From the NCBI GenBank assembly GCA_051747585.1, contig JBNJGH010000107.1, positions 1 to 10,871 on the forward strand: a stretch of DNA of 10,871 bases, in the 5' to 3' direction. The position numbers and the translations under genes were made by a program. Shown here in pieces: positions 6,590-10,871 of this stretch (position 1 is the first letter of the stretch; each line of letters opens with the position of its first letter). This stretch comes from Candidatus Rifleibacteriota bacterium. Its GTDB lineage: Bacteria; Muiribacteriota; Ozemobacteria; Ozemobacterales; Ozemobacteraceae. Below the pieces are notes generated by a model. It saw only the letters and a list, made by a program, of their open reading frames with translations, searched no databases and was not told the DNA's origin.

Positions 6590-7431
6590 GTTCAAATAAA
6601 TATAAAATTGATATTTTACATGAGGGAAAATTGAAAGTGGACGGCGGCGTGACTTTCAGCGGACTGCCTCGCTCTGAGTGGGAACAGTATGTCGAGCCCG
6701 ACCAGAACAATCGAATTTTAATCGGCCTTAACCAGCTGCTTATAAGAAGCCAGCAACTTGCTATTCTTATAGACACAGGATTGGGCAATAAATTAAGCAA
6801 ATTAAAAAAGAAATTTATGGGGCTTAGTGAACATACAGATATAGCCGGGAACCTCAAGAATTTAAATCTCAGCTTTTCCGATATTACCCACATAATTTTT
6901 ACCCACCTGCATTATGACCATGCAGGCGGAGCAACAACAAAAAGGGCAGAAACAGACGAGGTCATAACTCCATTTGATAATGCCCGTTTCTTAATTCAGA
7001 AAAAAGAATGGGAAGCTGCCTGTAACCCTGACGAAATATCCAGGTCGAGCTACTCATTAAGTGATTACCTCCCCCTGAGCGAGTCAAATCGTCTTAATCT
7101 TATCAATGGTGATTTTGAAGTTGCTCCGGGTATTTTTGTCGAAGTTACCGGTGGGCATACGGCAGCCCATCAAATGGTAAAAATAGAAGATCAAAATCAA
7201 ACAGTTATTTTTTGTGGCGATATATGCCCTACCCGCTGGCATTTAAATCCTGAAAACCGCGAAGCTTTTGATCTTTACCCGTGCGAAACTCTTCAGGCTC
7301 GCAAAAGTCTTGTTGCTTATGCCATAAAGAATAACGCAAAGCTCGTTTTTCCCCATGATCCTGAACCATGTTTCTGTAAACTAGAAGGCAATCCCGATAA
7401 ACCGCTGGTGAAAGTAGAAAATGAAACCTGA
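6586..7431 (+). CDS. MBL-fold metallo-hydrolase, YtnP-like
   Basis: LIDTGLG, THLHYDHAGG, GGHT..HQ, GD and HD metal ligands. The N-terminal DGG..F..LP...W resembles the YtnP group. Confidence 0.88.
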   Translation: MSSNKYKIDILHEGKLKVDGGVTFSGLPRSEWEQYVEPDQNNRILIGLNQLLIRSQQLAILIDTGLGNKLSKLKKKFMGLSEHTDIAGNLKNLNLSFSDITHIIFTHLHYDHAGGATTKRAETDEVITPFDNARFLIQKKEWEAACNPDEISRSSYSLSDYLPLSESNRLNLINGDFEVAPGIFVEVTGGHTAAHQMVKIEDQNQTVIFCGDICPTRWHLNPENREAFDLYPCETLQARKSLVAYAIKNNAKLVFPHDPEPCFCKLEGNPDKPLVKVENET

Positions 7432-8296
7432 AAAAATTTATATATTTGCAAATCTTAACGCACGCAACAAAAACAGCAAAAAACTCGAAGCAGCCCAGGC
7501 TATTCTTGCCAAACAGATAGAAACCGAAATAATTTACACCCAAAGCGCCGAACACGCCAGGCAAAAGGCAAAAGAGCTGAGCGCAAACCCCGGCAATATA
7601 ATTGCTGCCTACGGTGGAGACGGCACAATAAACTCTGTTATTCAAGAAATGGACGAAAACAGTACTCTGGGCATTATACCTGCAGGCACTGCCAATGTAA
7701 TAGCACGTGAACTCGGCATTCCCCTCGATATCAACGAGGCTGCCAAAAACCTCTTAACCGGCGCAATTCAAAAAGTTGACACCGGTCTTTGCAATGGTCG
7801 AAGGTTTTTATTTGTTGCGGGAATTGGTTTTGATGCGCATGTAGCTGCAAAGGTTTCGCCGTTTTTAAAGAAAACTACAGGCAAACTTGCCTATCACCTG
7901 AGCACTTTGAAAGAATTATTGACCTACAAAGCTCCCATACTTAAATTGCGCCTCGATAACGGGCAAAAGGAAATAAAAGCTGAATTTATAATAGTAGCCA
8001 ATATGAGAAGATACGGCGGCGACCTGTTTTTTGCGCCTGAAGCAATGCATAATGACGGCATTTTAGACCTTGTTGTCGCCAACAAACTCAACCCTTCAAC
8101 TCTATTCAAGCTTTTTAATTTTGCTCGCCGTAAAGCGCAATTTCCTGATGACCTGGCAAAGAACATAAAAGCTAAAAGTTTTCAAATACAAGCAGAAGAA
8201 CCCAGCCCTTACCAGCTCGATGGCGAAGTATTCAAACCGGCGCAGACTTTTTACTTCACTATAAACAAAAAGAAATTAAATATTCTTACCCCCTGA
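7421..8296 (+). CDS. diacylglycerol/lipid kinase family protein (YegS/BmrU/DgkB-like)
   Basis: GGDGT, PAGTANVIARELGIP, AGIGFDA, N.RRYGG, DGILD and QLDGE. Confidence 0.92.
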   Translation: MKPEKIYIFANLNARNKNSKKLEAAQAILAKQIETEIIYTQSAEHARQKAKELSANPGNIIAAYGGDGTINSVIQEMDENSTLGIIPAGTANVIARELGIPLDINEAAKNLLTGAIQKVDTGLCNGRRFLFVAGIGFDAHVAAKVSPFLKKTTGKLAYHLSTLKELLTYKAPILKLRLDNGQKEIKAEFIIVANMRRYGGDLFFAPEAMHNDGILDLVVANKLNPSTLFKLFNFARRKAQFPDDLAKNIKAKSFQIQAEEPSPYQLDGEVFKPAQTFYFTINKKKLNILTP

Positions 8297-8299
8297 TTT

Positions 8300-9481
8300 A
8301 TGACTATTCTTGCAACAATCTGGCTTATTACCAAGTGGCTTTTTATAGCTGCTACAGTTGTTGCTTTGATTCTTTTTCTATTATTTCTCTTTCATCCGCT
8401 CAGGTTCGATCTCAATTTAAGATCAACCATAAAAGGGCAACGCGGGCAACTCTGGTTCGTATACCTGTTTCGCATAATCAAAGTCGGAGTCATTGCTTCG
8501 CCCCACACTCAAGACATAATTCTTAAAATTTTCTTCTGGAAAATCAGGCTGAAAAGGTTTCAACGCGAGAAGCCGGTTGCTAAAGATTCCGATCAGCCCC
8601 CACCAGACATAGACCCTTCTGATTCCACAAAGAAATCGCCTGACCAATCTGAAAAATCTGACTTTTCTGATAAATCAGTTAAAAGGACAGAAGGTGAATC
8701 TAAACCAGATTTACAACAGCCCGGAAAAGAAGAAAAAGAACCTGATTCTGCAAAACCTTCTTCATTCGACAAAAGCGAAAGCGAGAAAAAAGAAACAGAT
8801 CATAAAAGCGAAGATAAAAATGACGAGGCCCTTATTGCTGAAACCGGTTCAAGCCACAGTTCAGAAGAAGAAATTGAAGATATTGAGACAAGCGAAGTTA
8901 AACCCGCAAGCGACAAAGATATCAACCGGCCGGTTAAACCACTGTCAGAAACTGACCCATTCGCCGGCGACAAAGAATCTGATTCCCGGCAACGAGAAGA
9001 CCTGGATGAAGAGCCCAAAAAAGGGGAAAAGACCACAGTAACCATAAGAAAACGTTTGCGCCAACTGCGCAAAAAGATTTCGCGCAAGTATTTAATGGGT
9101 AAAAAATGGCTAAAAGTCTTTTTAAAAAAATACAAGCTACTTAAGCCCATACTCAAAAAACTCTGGAAAAGGGCAAAATCGGGCTTTGAAATAAAAAATT
9201 CTGCAATACTGTTAAAATATGCACTTCATGAGCCTTACTTAACCGGCATGTTTCAAGGAAATCTTTCGATTTTCTCAGGTGTAATGCAGCGTTTTGGCAT
9301 TGAATTCATTCCCGTTCCGCTGTTTGGGCAACCAACAGTTTATACCCGGGCAAAAACGGCAGCAATAATTAAACCCTGGCGTTTTGTTTTTGCTTTTTTC
9401 TCTCTTCTTTTCGAAAAGGTTTTGTGGAAAGAATTCTACAATTTGTTCAAATGGTATCGCGCTCAGAAAAAAGAGCATTAA
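8300..9481 (+). CDS. DUF2953/YtfI-like membrane protein with a long charged low-complexity insertion
   Basis: N-terminal TM helix. C-terminal segment YALHEPYLTGMFQG...IPVPLF...IKPW resembles DUF2953. Immediately upstream of ytfJ/gerW, as in the ytfI-ytfJ pair. Confidence 0.65.
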   Translation: MTILATIWLITKWLFIAATVVALILFLLFLFHPLRFDLNLRSTIKGQRGQLWFVYLFRIIKVGVIASPHTQDIILKIFFWKIRLKRFQREKPVAKDSDQPPPDIDPSDSTKKSPDQSEKSDFSDKSVKRTEGESKPDLQQPGKEEKEPDSAKPSSFDKSESEKKETDHKSEDKNDEALIAETGSSHSSEEEIEDIETSEVKPASDKDINRPVKPLSETDPFAGDKESDSRQREDLDEEPKKGEKTTVTIRKRLRQLRKKISRKYLMGKKWLKVFLKKYKLLKPILKKLWKRAKSGFEIKNSAILLKYALHEPYLTGMFQGNLSIFSGVMQRFGIEFIPVPLFGQPTVYTRAKTAAIIKPWRFVFAFFSLLFEKVLWKEFYNLFKWYRAQKKEH

Positions 9482-9515
9482 AAAAAAATTTCTCTATTAA
9501 TAATTAATCTGGTAA

Positions 9516-9537
9516 TATAATCAGGTAATTCAGGAGG
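9516..9537 (+). promoter_or_regulatory. TATAAT box and strong SD upstream of ytfJ
   Basis: TATAAT at 9516-9521 with no good -35; AGGAGG at 9532-9537. Confidence 0.35.
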
Positions 9538-9549
9538 TTCTACAGCAAA

Positions 9550-9981
9550 ATGGCTATTGATAATTTAATAAAAACAGTACTGTCAGAACTAAAAGTGGCA
9601 ATTAATTCTAAGACTATTATTGGTGAACCAACCACCTGTAATAACTGGACAGTTATTCCCGTAACCCGTGTTTCCTTTGGTTTTGGTGCCGGAGGCGGCT
9701 CAGGCAAGAACGAATCAAGCAACTTTGGCGGCGGTTCAGGTGGCGGTGCTACTATTGAGCCGGTAGCCTTTATAGCTATTAACGATAAAGAAGTTAAGCT
9801 TATATCTATGAATGAAAAACAAACTATCTGGGAAAAGATACTAAAACCAGAAGTAGGCGAAAAAATTTATAATAAAATCATGGGTATTGCTGGTGATGAA
9901 GATGAAAGCAAAAGCAAACAATCAGATACGCAAAATATCCCTGACAAAGGCGACACAAAAGATGACACAAAACCTGAGTAA
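9550..9981 (+). CDS. ytfJ: GerW/YtfJ family protein
   Basis: IIGEP.....TVIPVTRVSFGFGAGGG...GGGSGGGATIEPVAFIAI family signature. Confidence 0.9.
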   Translation: MAIDNLIKTVLSELKVAINSKTIIGEPTTCNNWTVIPVTRVSFGFGAGGGSGKNESSNFGGGSGGGATIEPVAFIAINDKEVKLISMNEKQTIWEKILKPEVGEKIYNKIMGIAGDEDESKSKQSDTQNIPDKGDTKDDTKPE

Positions 9982-10022
9982 AAAGGGTTTTTCTTAATGT
10001 TTAAAATTCTCCAGGAGAGGAT

Positions 10023-10871
10023 GTGGTTCATATCATTGATATTCTAAAACAAATACCACTATTTAACGGCTTAGAAGATTCCGATCTAGAAAAAATTTCT
10101 GAAGTTGTAAAAGAACGATCACTGCCCTCGGGCACAGTTCTTTTTAAAGAAGGAGAAAAAGGAGACGCCTTTTACCTTTTAAAAGAAGGCACAGTTGAAG
10201 TCTACAAGTCAGAAGGCGACACAGAAAAAAAAGTTACCGACATCAGCCATAAAGATGAAAGTAATTTTTTTGGAGAAATGGCTCTTATTGAGGGTGCGCC
10301 AAGAAATGCCACCATAAAAACTGCTACCGAGTGTAATCTGCTCGAAATCGACAAGCTTAACTTTGACATGCTTCTTCGTCTTAATTCTTTTATAGCGCTT
10401 CGCATTATGACGGCGCTCAGCAAAAGATTCAGAAGTGCAACAGAGAAAGAAAAAGAAAAAGCCGACGAAAAAAGCGGAAAAGTTTTTGTGGTTTTCAGCC
10501 CTAAAGGCGGATGCGGTAAAACCGTATTTTCGACCAACATGGTCGCAGGCATTGCCAAGTATGTAAAAAAAGAAGTTCTTTTAATAGACCTGGATCTTCA
10601 GTTTGGTGAAATAGCATTTATGCTCGGTTTAAAAGCAAGCAGAACAATTGCCGACATGATTGATGCTCCTATCGAAGATGGAGAAACCTTCAAAAGCTTT
10701 CTGGTTAAGCATCCAATCGGCTTTCATATTCTTGCTTCGCCGTTTAAGCCCGAACAATCAGAAACCATTACTTCCAATCACCTGCGCAAGATTGTCGAGA
10801 TTGCCCGCCAACAGTTTGATTATATAGTTATAGATACTCATTCCCTTTTCCAGGATCTCACTATCAACGCC
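10023..10871 (+). CDS. cNMP-binding domain fused to a CpaE/TadZ/MinD-like P-loop ATPase; runs off the right edge
   Basis: Not in the ORF track. GTG at 10023, AGGAG at 10013-10017, in-frame TAA at 10002-10004, then 283 open codons: ILKQIPLFNGL...LFKEGEKGDAFYLLKEGTVEV...FFGEMALIEGAPRNAT...VFSPKGGCGKTVFSTN...LLIDLDLQFGE...FDYIVIDT. Confidence 0.9.
   Translation, partial: MVHIIDILKQIPLFNGLEDSDLEKISEVVKERSLPSGTVLFKEGEKGDAFYLLKEGTVEVYKSEGDTEKKVTDISHKDESNFFGEMALIEGAPRNATIKTATECNLLEIDKLNFDMLLRLNSFIALRIMTALSKRFRSATEKEKEKADEKSGKVFVVFSPKGGCGKTVFSTNMVAGIAKYVKKEVLLIDLDLQFGEIAFMLGLKASRTIADMIDAPIEDGETFKSFLVKHPIGFHILASPFKPEQSETITSNHLRKIVEIARQQFDYIVIDTHSLFQDLTINA

Noticed and set aside
1457..9722. Many 60-138 aa antisense or alternate-frame ORFs inside the operon
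   Set aside because: They are shadows of well-supported genes and show no motifs.
9969..9991. AAAACCT...GGGTTTT stem at the ytfJ stop as a terminator
   Set aside because: Mostly A-U pairs with only two G-C pairs; too weak to call.
10021..10047. 8-codon ORF MWFISLIF overlapping the start of the cNMP gene
   Set aside because: The ATG is too close to the SD and out of frame; nothing supports a leader peptide.
10202..10558. 118-aa minus-strand ORF
   Set aside because: Antisense shadow of the cNMP-ATPase gene.

Overview
A bacterial chromosomal window, mostly AT-rich, centred on an LPS/outer-membrane biogenesis operon from a diderm organism. On the + strand the order is a LapA-family gene, then a tightly coupled run of kdsC, an LpxL/HtrB-type acyltransferase, lptC, an extended lptA, lptB, DUF3084, a YtnP-like metallo-hydrolase, a YegS/DAGK-family lipid kinase and DUF2953 (YtfI-like). 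GerW/YtfJ follows. Two genes missing from the ORF track run off the window edges. At left on the - strand is an AMP-dependent ligase, possibly OleC-like, with a clear sigma70-type promoter and a GC-rich structured leader of about 180 nt. At right on the + strand is a cyclic-nucleotide-binding domain fused to a CpaE/TadZ/MinD-type ATPase. I saw no CRISPR array, transposase, tRNA or rRNA. The best leads are the cNMP-ATPase fusion, the structured leader RNA, the hairpins upstream of lapA, and the unusual Lpt operon. All family calls come from motif recognition by eye; no searches were run.
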